This document shows positions 16,270 through 24,553 of a stretch of DNA of 64,000 nt, piece after piece; position 1 is the stretch's first letter, and each line of letters starts with the position of its first letter. The notes beneath the pieces are model-generated. The model was given only the letters and a program-made list of their open reading frames with translations. It had not been told where the DNA came from and searched no databases. The DNA is from Patescibacteria group bacterium (lineage in GTDB: Bacteria > Patescibacteriota > Patescibacteriia > UBA9570). Location of the stretch: the NCBI GenBank assembly GCA_041660305.1, contig JBAZWO010000001.1:418268-482267 (forward strand), read 5' to 3'. The position numbers were made by a program, and so were the translations under genes.

Positions 16270-16794
16270 TTATTTTACTTCAAACACATCAAACATTTTT
16301 AATAAGTAGCACAGAATCGTTTTGGGCGATGGCGGATCGCCGGGAATTTGAAAATCAACAGGTATAACACTAGCTACCCCATCTAATACCGCATAAGATC
16401 CTCTAAAAATACCTCCATTAATGGCATCATCGCCTACGGCTACCACTAGTTTAGGAGTTGGCGTAGCCTCATAAGTTTTAATTAACGCTTCGCGCATGTT
16501 TCTAGAAACGGCTCCAGTAACCATCAACATATCTGCGTGTCGGGGCGACGCTACAAAATGAATGCCAAAGCGTTCAATATCATAATAGGCATTACTTAAT
16601 GCCGTTAGTTCCTGTTCACAAGCATTGGTTGAACCGGTATCTACTTCTCGAATAGCTAACGACCCTTTAAATAATTTTTTCACTTTTTTTTCTAACTGTT
16701 GACCGATTACAGTAATATCATCACTGCGATTTAATGACTTTACATCGATAACTGTTTTAGGTGTTGAAAATATTTTATAGTAAAATTTGAACAT
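16270..16794 (-). CDS. NuoB/HycG-like small subunit with a degenerate Fe-S site
   Basis: 174 aa. YDIERFGIHFVASPRHADMLMVTGAV is the NuoB/HycG core. The ligand positions read GSTNACEQE, GDDAINGG and PGDPPSP, against the usual GSCNGCE, GxCAxxGG and PGCPP. Confidence 0.8.
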   Translation of the reverse strand: MFKFYYKIFSTPKTVIDVKSLNRSDDITVIGQQLEKKVKKLFKGSLAIREVDTGSTNACEQELTALSNAYYDIERFGIHFVASPRHADMLMVTGAVSRNMREALIKTYEATPTPKLVVAVGDDAINGGIFRGSYAVLDGVASVIPVDFQIPGDPPSPKTILCYLLKMFDVFEVK

Positions 16795-16829
16795 TTGTTG
16801 AAAATTTCGATTTAAGACTATTCTATTGT

Positions 16830-16858
16830 TGTATAACTATAGTAATAAATTTTGTCAA
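16830..16858 (-). promoter_or_regulatory. putative promoter of the hyf-like operon
   Basis: On the minus strand: TTGACA (16858-16853), 17 nt, TATACA (16835-16830), about 35 nt upstream of the 16794 start. Confidence 0.35.
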
Positions 16859-16895
16859 TTCAAAACTACATACTAACACTTTCACTCTTACGATT

Positions 16896-17852
16896 CTATT
16901 TAGCCGATTTAAGATGTGCTAATGCCCCAATAATAATAGCTACTACTCCAGCTAACGTCACCGCTATACCATAGTGCATAGTACGCCGTAACATATCTTG
17001 ATAAGCCAACCGTAATATATTTCCAAATACCGTATTTACCCAAGCCGCATCGTTAGGAATAGTAGCGGTTAATATAAAATTACTAATTATTGCAAAACTG
17101 GCGGCTATGGCCCACTGACTTAATGCAATAAATCCACCAACCACCATTAAAACGCACCCTACTACAATACTACTCCGTTTATAACTAGGAATAACAATGA
17201 TCGTTAAACTAATTAATGTTAGTAATACAGCTAAAATAATTCCTGGTATCAATAATCCTAGCGTAAAAATTTCTTGAGCCATAGCTGTAGTGTTGGTATC
17301 AATCGGTAACTGATCGCCAGTTATTTTAGTTTTCTCTAATATATTATTTAATTCAGAATTATCTACTGTATTTACGCCAACTTGATTTAAAATATTATTA
17401 GTATCAATAGTGGCTACTAATTGAGTTAATAAAGCTGGATCGGATATTAAAGTAATATTAAAAATCGGTTTAGCAGTTTTACCTTCTAACCAATCGTAAG
17501 TAGCGTTAATAAGAGTAATTATGGATGTACGCAAAAATTCTGGGTAGATAATTTTATCCACTACCATACGTGTTTGGCTGTTTTTATCTTGCGCTTGTTG
17601 CGTAATTACATAAACCGCTGAATCAGCAGGTGCTTTTTTAATAATAATAGTACTAATGGTATCAATTGGATTGTTATAAATCCCAGCTTGTTCAAACCAA
17701 ATCTTAATATGTTCTCGATTGGTAAGTGTACGCAACACTGCCGCCGTTGGCACGCCTACCACAATTACAAAGCCTAACTGCAATAACAACAAAACTCCTA
17801 ATACCCAACGTAAAACATTAAAACAACCGCCTGATTTTTTCTTTACCTCCAT
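16896..17852 (-). CDS. hypothetical membrane protein
   Basis: 318 aa with an N-terminal TM segment, a large extracytoplasmic region and several C-terminal TM helices. No family is recognised. Confidence 0.5.
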   Translation of the reverse strand: MEVKKKSGGCFNVLRWVLGVLLLLQLGFVIVVGVPTAAVLRTLTNREHIKIWFEQAGIYNNPIDTISTIIIKKAPADSAVYVITQQAQDKNSQTRMVVDKIIYPEFLRTSIITLINATYDWLEGKTAKPIFNITLISDPALLTQLVATIDTNNILNQVGVNTVDNSELNNILEKTKITGDQLPIDTNTTAMAQEIFTLGLLIPGIILAVLLTLISLTIIVIPSYKRSSIVVGCVLMVVGGFIALSQWAIAASFAIISNFILTATIPNDAAWVNTVFGNILRLAYQDMLRRTMHYGIAVTLAGVVAIIIGALAHLKSAK

Positions 17853-17878
17853 ATTATTAATGCTATTATAGCAATAAT

Positions 17879-19084
17879 TTATTTAAGTTTATATACCACG
17901 TCATTTTTACGAAAACGTTGCGCTGATACAAATGTAATTTCATCACGATTTTTAGCCGTGTTAACTGCTTGATTATTCAACCAAAATTCTGGCAAAATTA
18001 ATTCCACTAGCCCAGTAGTACTGCCTTGAATATGTAGTTTGTTTCCCGTTTGCACGGGATTAGCTATTTGTATTTGTACTATTTGTTTCTTTGGATAATA
18101 ATGCGTTACCATACCGACATATTCGCGCTGTTGTTTAGCCTGATTACCACTGCTATTACTCCAGGCTTCTGCACCTGGTTTAGCTACAAAAAAACCAGTA
18201 GAAAAATGACGATTATAAACCTGTTCTACTTGCTTCATTAACTGTTGTTGCAAAACAGCAGAATACTTATTTTTTTTAATGGCGTCTAACGCCTGTCGAT
18301 ACGCCGCCACTACTTCATAAATATAATCCGTTGAGCGACCACGCCCTTCAATTTTTAACACATCTACTCCGGTAGCCACTAATTCTTGTAAAATTGGTAA
18401 TGTGCATAAATCTTTCGGACTCAACACATACCCACAACCCACTATTAATTCTTTTTTAGTTTGTTGATCGATAATTAAATACTCACGCCGACACGGCTGT
18501 TGACACTCTCCTCGATTAGCGGATTTACCATATAAACTTTGCGATAAAAAACATCGGCCGGAAATAGATACACACATGGCGCCGTGCACAAATACTTCAA
18601 TTTTCATTTTGGTTTTCTGTTTGATAGCTTTGATTTGTTTTAAATTGCATTCGCGTGCTAACACCACACATTGCGCGCCTAATTTTTTATAAAACAACAC
18701 TGCCTGGCTATTAGCAATGCTGGCTTGCGTAGAAATATGAATCGGCAAACCAATTTTTTTAGCTAGTTTAATTACCGCGCTATCCCAACAAATCACGGCG
18801 TCTACGCCGGATATTTTTAATTTTTTGAGCAGATTTTCTAACAAGCTCAATTCTTGTTCATACACAATTACGTTTACGGTAATATACACTTTCACCTGAT
18901 GTTCGTGCGCTAACGTAACAGCTTTTTTCAGCCTAACTAAAGATATGCCCTTAGAACTGGCGCGCATATTTAAAAACCCTACTCCAAAATACACCGCGTC
19001 TGCTCCCGCCTGAATCGCCGCTCGCAACGAGGTTTCATCACGTACCGGAGCTAAAAGCAATGGTAAATGATTGTATCGAACCAT
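17879..19084 (-). CDS. peptidase U32 family protein
   Basis: 401 aa. The start LLAPVRDETSLRAAIQAGADAVYFG and the CxxxxxGRxxNRGxCxQxCR-like segment (SANRGECQQPCRREY) are typical of U32. Confidence 0.85.
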   Translation of the reverse strand: MVRYNHLPLLLAPVRDETSLRAAIQAGADAVYFGVGFLNMRASSKGISLVRLKKAVTLAHEHQVKVYITVNVIVYEQELSLLENLLKKLKISGVDAVICWDSAVIKLAKKIGLPIHISTQASIANSQAVLFYKKLGAQCVVLARECNLKQIKAIKQKTKMKIEVFVHGAMCVSISGRCFLSQSLYGKSANRGECQQPCRREYLIIDQQTKKELIVGCGYVLSPKDLCTLPILQELVATGVDVLKIEGRGRSTDYIYEVVAAYRQALDAIKKNKYSAVLQQQLMKQVEQVYNRHFSTGFFVAKPGAEAWSNSSGNQAKQQREYVGMVTHYYPKKQIVQIQIANPVQTGNKLHIQGSTTGLVELILPEFWLNNQAVNTAKNRDEITFVSAQRFRKNDVVYKLK

Positions 19085-19094
19085 AGTTAGTTGA

Positions 19095-19451
19095 TTAATC
19101 CACTAATATAAAACATCTATCTAACGCTGGCGTAGTAGCTAAGTTCACATTGGTTAAATCTTTTGGACAACAAGCATACTGCGTTTCCAGTTTTCCGCCT
19201 AAATTTTTCCACTCACAATTAGCCTGTTCTGTACAAGCATAATCGTTTTTTTCGTCCGCTGTAACCATTTTACCACTGCCTGATCGACTAGGCACAACAT
19301 CACATTCGTCGTTACTGACAAAGGTTTGATTAAGGTTTTGATTAATATTCTGATTAACAGCTGGATTAGACGTTGTTTTGGTACAACCGGTAAAACCAGT
19401 AAACACAACTATACTAACTACCCCTAAAATTAGGCCTAACAATTTTTTCAT
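19095..19451 (-). CDS. hypothetical Cys-rich lipoprotein
   Basis: 118 aa with signal peptide and lipobox FTGC, and six further Cys in the mature part. Confidence 0.5.
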   Translation of the reverse strand: MKKLLGLILGVVSIVVFTGFTGCTKTTSNPAVNQNINQNLNQTFVSNDECDVVPSRSGSGKMVTADEKNDYACTEQANCEWKNLGGKLETQYACCPKDLTNVNLATTPALDRCFILVD

Positions 19452-19532
19452 AAATTTTTATGCTTTATTTAATTATTACTCAATAGATCATAGCATTACT
19501 TATTAGTTTTGAACAATCTAAATCCCTATAAA

Positions 19533-19561
19533 TTGACGCTTTAGTTAAATTGATTTATACT
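19533..19561 (+). promoter_or_regulatory. putative promoter of rpsA-ftsH
   Basis: TTGACG (19533-19538), 17 nt, TATACT (19556-19561). Confidence 0.4.
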
Positions 19562-19658
19562 TCCAGAACTAACTTATTTAATTTTGCTATTGTTAGTAAT
19601 TAGCTAATACTAGCGCTGTTACCTGGTCAGGTGCAGTTAAACATTAATAAAATAATAT

Positions 19659-20825
19659 ATGACCAATACCAATAGTTTGATGTCCACTTTATTGGACAAG
19701 CAAGGTGAATTACCAATTCCTAAAGTGAACGATACCATTGAAGGTACTGTAGTTGGTTTAGGCAAAAACGAGGTGCTAGTTGATGTAAACGGCTTCATGA
19801 CTGGCGTGGTACGTGGCCCAGAATTATTTGATGAATCTGGCGATTTTTCCAGTTTAAAATTAGGTGATAGCGTGTCTGCTACCGTTTTGGAAGTAGAAAA
19901 TGAAAATGGCCAAGTAGAATTATCCTTCCGTCAAGCTGGTCATCGTAAAGCTTGGAAATTTTTACAACAATTAAAAATGTCTAACGAATTAGTTGAAGCT
20001 CAAATAGTAGATGCTAATAAAGGTGGCTTAATTGTCCGCGTTGGCCGAGTATCTGGTTTTTTACCAGTGTCACAATTATCTGTAGAACACTATCCTCGTG
20101 TAGAAGGCGGCAACAAGGCAAAAATATTGGAACGCTTATCACAGTATGCTAATGAAATCTTTAAAGTAAAAGTAATTGATGTTAATGAAACTGATGAAAA
20201 ATTAATCGTATCGGAAAAAGTAGCTAAGGCCGATCAACAACAAGAAAAAATTGCTCAATATAAAGTAGGTGCGGTGGTAGAAGGCAAAGTAACCGGCGTA
20301 GTTGATTTTGGTGCCTTTGTGGAATTTGGTGAAAATTTAGAAGGTTTGGTACATATTTCAGAAATTGCCTGGCAACGGATTGATAATCCAAAAGACTATA
20401 TTAAAGTTGGTGATCCAGTTAAAGCTGAAATTATTAGTATTGATAATTCCAAAATTTCTCTAAGTATTCGCAATTTAATTCGTGATCCTTGGTTACATGT
20501 ACATGAAAAATTCAAAATTGGCACAGTGGTAGAAGGAAAAGTATTAAAAATCAATCCCTTTGGCGCTTTTGTGGAATTAGATAATGAAATTCACGGTTTA
20601 GTACATATCTCTGAATTATCCTACAAAAAATTATCCAGCCCAGCGGAAGTTATTCAACCTGGTAACAACTATTCTTTCAAAGTAATTTCTATTGAGCCAC
20701 AAAAACATCGTTTAGGCTTATCTTATAAAGCCTTGCACGAACAACTAGTTAAACCAAAGGCTGAAGTTACTGCTACTGCTACCACTGCCTCTTCCCCTGC
20801 CACAACCGACAGTGCTAAACTATAA
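19659..20825 (+). CDS. rpsA: 30S ribosomal protein S1 (four S1 domains)
   Basis: 388 aa with repeated S1 OB-fold motifs (G..V.G.V....GA/G.FV.....GL.HISE). Confidence 0.85.
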   Translation: MTNTNSLMSTLLDKQGELPIPKVNDTIEGTVVGLGKNEVLVDVNGFMTGVVRGPELFDESGDFSSLKLGDSVSATVLEVENENGQVELSFRQAGHRKAWKFLQQLKMSNELVEAQIVDANKGGLIVRVGRVSGFLPVSQLSVEHYPRVEGGNKAKILERLSQYANEIFKVKVIDVNETDEKLIVSEKVAKADQQQEKIAQYKVGAVVEGKVTGVVDFGAFVEFGENLEGLVHISEIAWQRIDNPKDYIKVGDPVKAEIISIDNSKISLSIRNLIRDPWLHVHEKFKIGTVVEGKVLKINPFGAFVELDNEIHGLVHISELSYKKLSSPAEVIQPGNNYSFKVISIEPQKHRLGLSYKALHEQLVKPKAEVTATATTASSPATTDSAKL

Positions 20826-20830
20826 TACAT

Positions 20831-22690
20831 ATGGCCACAACCGCTTCGGCTCCACGCGGGCCGCAATTATTTAAGCAATTCGTTTATTTTGTCATCGCTA
20901 TTATAGTGATTGGTGCTATTTTTAGCTTGTTAACCGATCCATTAAAAAAACCAGAGGAGGTCACGGTTAGTCAATTAGTACAAAAGATTCAAGCTGGCGA
21001 AATAAAAACCATTGAAATTAAAGGTGAACAAAATTTACTAGCCACTTTAAATAACGACAGTGTATTATCTACTCGTAAAGAAGCTAGCCAGCCGTTTACT
21101 GAATTGCTAGCTCAACAAGGTATTACCGCTGAACAAATTCGCACTCTTAATATTAGTGTTACCAACAATACTGGCTTAACTTACTGGCTAAGCATTTTAG
21201 CCGGCCCGCTTATTAGCGTGATTGTAATTGGTGTTGTGTTATGGCTAATGTTACGCCAAGTACAAGGCGTTAATAATCGCGCGATGATGTTCGGTAAAGT
21301 ACTCATGCCCGATCAAGACAAAAAAAATAAAAAAACTCAAGTAGCTTTTAAAGATATTGCCGGCGCTAAAGAAGCTAAAAACGAATTAGAAGAAGTGGTT
21401 GATTTTTTGCGTCAGCCACAAAAATACACTGAACTAGGAGCTAAAGTACCACGCGGCGTATTATTAATTGGACCGCCTGGTACTGGTAAAACATTGTTAG
21501 CTAGAGCAGTAGCTGGCGAAGCTAAAGTGCCGTTTTTTCACATTTCCGGTTCTGAATTTGTAGAAATGTTTGTGGGTGTTGGCGCTTCTCGCGTGCGTGA
21601 TTTATTCAAAAAGGCCAAACAACAAGCTCCCGCTATTGTATTTGTGGATGAAATTGATGCCGTTGGTAGACAACGCGGCGCTGGTTTAGGTGGCTCACAC
21701 GATGAACGCGAACAAACCTTAAACCAAATCTTAGTAGAAATGGATGGTTTTGATAACGATACTAAAGTAATTGTAATTGCCGCCACTAACCGACCAGACG
21801 TGTTAGATCCAGCGTTGTTACGCCCTGGTCGCTTTGATCGTCATGTAACATTAGATTTACCAGATATTAAAGAACGCCAAGACATATTAGCTGTACATTC
21901 TGCTAAAAAACCTTTGGCCAAAGATGTAAGTTTAATTGTACTAGCTCAACGCACTCCTGGTTTTTCCGGTGCCGATTTAGCCAATGTATTAAACGAAGCG
22001 GCTATTTTAGCGGCTCGTAACAATAAGAAAGAAATCTCCATGGCCGATTGTATATTTGCTCTGGATAAAGTAATGCTTGGGCCTGAACGTAAATCAGCTG
22101 TAATGGATGAACAAGAAAAACGAATTACTGCATACCATGAAGGCGGCCATGCTTTAGTAGCCCATTTTTCGGCTGCGGCTGACCCGGTGCATAAAATTTC
22201 CATTGTCTCACGTGGCCGCATGGGTGGTTTTACTTTAAAACTACCGGAACACGATAAACATTTACATACCCGCAGTGAATTTTTAGCCGATTTAGCCGTG
22301 ATGTTAGGTGGTAGAGTAGCTGAAGAAGAAATTTTTCATGAAATTACTACCGGTGCCAGTAACGATTTAGAGAAAGCTACTAAATTAGCGCGTCAAATTG
22401 TTACACAATACGGTATGAGTGAAGAATTAGGCCCGCGCACATTTGGTAAACGTGAAGAAATGGTATTTTTAGGCCGAGAAATTTCTGAACAACGAGACTA
22501 CTCCGATGATACCGCTAAAAAAATTGATTTAGCTGTTACTAAATTAGTTCAAACTGCTCACGCTCGCGCCAAAACCATTATTAAAGAACAGCCTGTTTTA
22601 CTAGAAGCTATTGCCACTACATTAATAGCTAAAGAAACATTAGAACGAGCTGAATTTGAACAACTCATGGGTGGAGCTAAAACACAATAA
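20831..22690 (+). CDS. ftsH: ATP-dependent zinc metalloprotease FtsH
   Basis: Walker A GPPGTGKT, Walker [13 protein letters not shown] region [20 protein letters not shown], and zinc motif HEGGHA. Confidence 0.95.
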   Translation: MATTASAPRGPQLFKQFVYFVIAIIVIGAIFSLLTDPLKKPEEVTVSQLVQKIQAGEIKTIEIKGEQNLLATLNNDSVLSTRKEASQPFTELLAQQGITAEQIRTLNISVTNNTGLTYWLSILAGPLISVIVIGVVLWLMLRQVQGVNNRAMMFGKVLMPDQDKKNKKTQVAFKDIAGAKEAKNELEEVVDFLRQPQKYTELGAKVPRGVLLIGPPGTGKTLLARAVAGEAKVPFFHISGSEFVEMFVGVGASRVRDLFKKAKQQAPAIVFVDEIDAVGRQRGAGLGGSHDEREQTLNQILVEMDGFDNDTKVIVIAATNRPDVLDPALLRPGRFDRHVTLDLPDIKERQDILAVHSAKKPLAKDVSLIVLAQRTPGFSGADLANVLNEAAILAARNNKKEISMADCIFALDKVMLGPERKSAVMDEQEKRITAYHEGGHALVAHFSAAADPVHKISIVSRGRMGGFTLKLPEHDKHLHTRSEFLADLAVMLGGRVAEEEIFHEITTGASNDLEKATKLARQIVTQYGMSEELGPRTFGKREEMVFLGREISEQRDYSDDTAKKIDLAVTKLVQTAHARAKTIIKEQPVLLEAIATTLIAKETLERAEFEQLMGGAKTQ

Positions 22691-22703
22691 AACACCAATT
22701 ATT

Positions 22704-23546
22704 ATGAAAACTATGTTTCAGAGTATTTTAAAAGCCAGCTGGAAAATAGTCATTCATCAGCCTGTGCTCTGGATTTTTGGTTTATTCGCTGCCATTTTAA
22801 TTGGTAATGGCGGCGAATTAGACCGTTTTTTGCGTTATAGCGACGCCATGCAACAACAAACCGGTATTATTAATTTAATGTTTTGGTCACAACAAAATTG
22901 GTATCAAGTAGCCGAACAAGTTATCGCTAATCAACAGGTAACACTCTTAACTATCCCCTTAATTGTGCTGGCTTGGTTTATTGTGCTTTATGTTGTTTCG
23001 GTATCACAAGGCACTTTATTTTCAGCTACAAAACCAGCTAATTTTGTTACGTTGTTTCATAACGGCCACCGCCATGGCTGGACACTATTTGTGTTAAATA
23101 TAAGCGTATATTTGTTAATTTCCAGTGCATTATTAAGTAATCTACTATTACCTACTTGGTTATGTTTAAGCGTGATTTTTCCAGTGATATTACTACTATC
23201 ATTTATTACTCGTTATGCAACCGGCTATATTGTACTAAAAAATGAACACTTAGGAACGGCTGTTATTCATGCCGTAACATTAATTTATCGAAATTTTTTC
23301 AAAACAGTAATCATGTCTTGTTTAACATTTGGCTTGGCATTAGTAATTAATATTGGTATTGTTCTAGCTATTGGTATTATAATACTACCGCTATACTCAT
23401 TTGTCTTTACAGACACTAGTCAGCTTTACACAATTAATTTAATTAGTATAATCACCTATACCGTTATCGTTGTATTAGTTGGCTCAATAGTATCTGCTTG
23501 GCAATGGGTAGCTTGGTCGTTGCTATTTAAAGAATTAACCGATTAG
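22704..23546 (+). CDS. hypothetical polytopic membrane protein
   Basis: I prefer the internal ATG at 22704 (MKTMFQSILK...), just after the ftsH stop, over the listed 22656 start. About 6 TM helices; no family recognised. Confidence 0.5.
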   Translation: MKTMFQSILKASWKIVIHQPVLWIFGLFAAILIGNGGELDRFLRYSDAMQQQTGIINLMFWSQQNWYQVAEQVIANQQVTLLTIPLIVLAWFIVLYVVSVSQGTLFSATKPANFVTLFHNGHRHGWTLFVLNISVYLLISSALLSNLLLPTWLCLSVIFPVILLLSFITRYATGYIVLKNEHLGTAVIHAVTLIYRNFFKTVIMSCLTFGLALVINIGIVLAIGIIILPLYSFVFTDTSQLYTINLISIITYTVIVVLVGSIVSAWQWVAWSLLFKELTD

Positions 23547-23556
23547 GTTAAAACCA

Positions 23557-23629
23557 GGGCACATAGCTCAGTGGTTAGAGCACAGCCCTTATAAGGCTGG
23601 GGTCGATGGTTCAAATCCATCTGTGCCCA
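23557..23629 (+). tRNA. tRNA-Ile (anticodon TAT)
   Basis: Acceptor GGGCACA/TGTGCCC, anticodon stem CAGCC/GGCTG with loop CTTATAA (anticodon TAT). The body TAGCTCAGTGGTTAGAGC ... GGTC is Ile-like. Confidence 0.85.
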
Positions 23630-23670
23630 CCTACGTCCCACGTCTGCGGGACTCCGGTGGGTAAACCCAC
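23630..23670 (+). repeat. tRNA-abutting twin-hairpin element, copy 2 (+)
   Basis: CC TACG TCCC..GGGA CTCCGG then GTGGG TAAA CCCAC, filling the spacer between tRNA-Ile(TAT) and tRNA-Val(GAC). Confidence 0.7.
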
Positions 23671-23675
23671 TACAA

Positions 23676-23749
23676 GCGCGTGTAGCTCAGTTGGTTAGAG
23701 CGCCACATTGACATTGTGGAGGTCTCCGGTTCAAATCCAGGCACGCGCA
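23676..23749 (+). tRNA. tRNA-Val (anticodon GAC)
   Basis: Acceptor GCGCGTG/CACGCGC, anticodon stem CCACA/TGTGG with loop TTGACAT, T-loop GGTTCAAATCC. Confidence 0.9.
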
Positions 23750-23794
23750 CATTGAATATAAATAATTAATCATTTCATTATTTCACCAATTAAC

Positions 23795-24553
23795 ATGACC
23801 AAAACCTATCACAAGTTTTCTCAAACTAAACCACCAGTCTCTTTTCGTGCCCAAAATCAATTAGCCAAGCAACGCGGTGAAATAATTCATCCACATGATA
23901 TTAGCAAACACAGCGGTTCTATATCTTGGCGTATTTTTCGAGTAATGTCGGAATTAGTGGATGGCTATGAATTTTTATCTGGTTTAGAAAGAGAAATTAC
24001 TATCTTTGGTTCAGCTCGTACTAAACCCGCTTCGCGATATTATCAAGAAGCGGAAAAACTGGGTCGTATGTTGGCTAATGAACACTACACTTTAATTACC
24101 GGCGGTGGACCAGGTATTATGGAAGCGGCCAATAAAGGCGCTTACGAAGCCGGCGGTTTATCGCTTGGCTTGAATATTGATTTACCTAATGAACAGCGCG
24201 TTAATCAATACGTTAACAAGGGTTTAGGGTTTCACTTTTTCTTTACTCGCAAAATTATGTTAAGCTCTCCATCACAAGCTTTTGTGATTTTTCCCGGTGG
24301 CTTTGGCACACTAGATGAATTTTTTGAAGTAATTACGCTAATACAAACTGGAAAAATGCCGCTAGTACCTATTATTTTAATGGGTAAATCATTTTGGAAT
24401 AATCTTAATAACTTTATTAAAGAAGAATTATTAGATAATCACGCCGCTATTGAAAAAAAAGATTTGCAATTATATACCATTGTCGATTCAGCCGCGGAAG
24501 CCATGGTTATTATCAGAAAAACTAAACCAAACGACTATCTCTCCTCAAACTAA
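23795..24553 (+). CDS. LOG family / TIGR00730 Rossmann-fold nucleotide-binding protein
   Basis: 252 aa with motifs TGGGPGIMEAANKGA and PGGFGTLDEFFE. Confidence 0.85.
   Translation: MTKTYHKFSQTKPPVSFRAQNQLAKQRGEIIHPHDISKHSGSISWRIFRVMSELVDGYEFLSGLEREITIFGSARTKPASRYYQEAEKLGRMLANEHYTLITGGGPGIMEAANKGAYEAGGLSLGLNIDLPNEQRVNQYVNKGLGFHFFFTRKIMLSSPSQAFVIFPGGFGTLDEFFEVITLIQTGKMPLVPIILMGKSFWNNLNNFIKEELLDNHAAIEKKDLQLYTIVDSAAEAMVIIRKTKPNDYLSSN

Noticed and set aside
9623-16794. Annotating the operon as a working [NiFe] hydrogenase / formate hydrogenlyase, or as NADH dehydrogenase (complex I).
   Set aside because: The NiFe CxxC motifs and three of four Fe-S cysteines are substituted. No HycF/NuoI-like, hyp, fdhF or NuoEFG genes are in the window. 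The subunit set (no NuoA/J/I/E/F/G) does not fit complex I.
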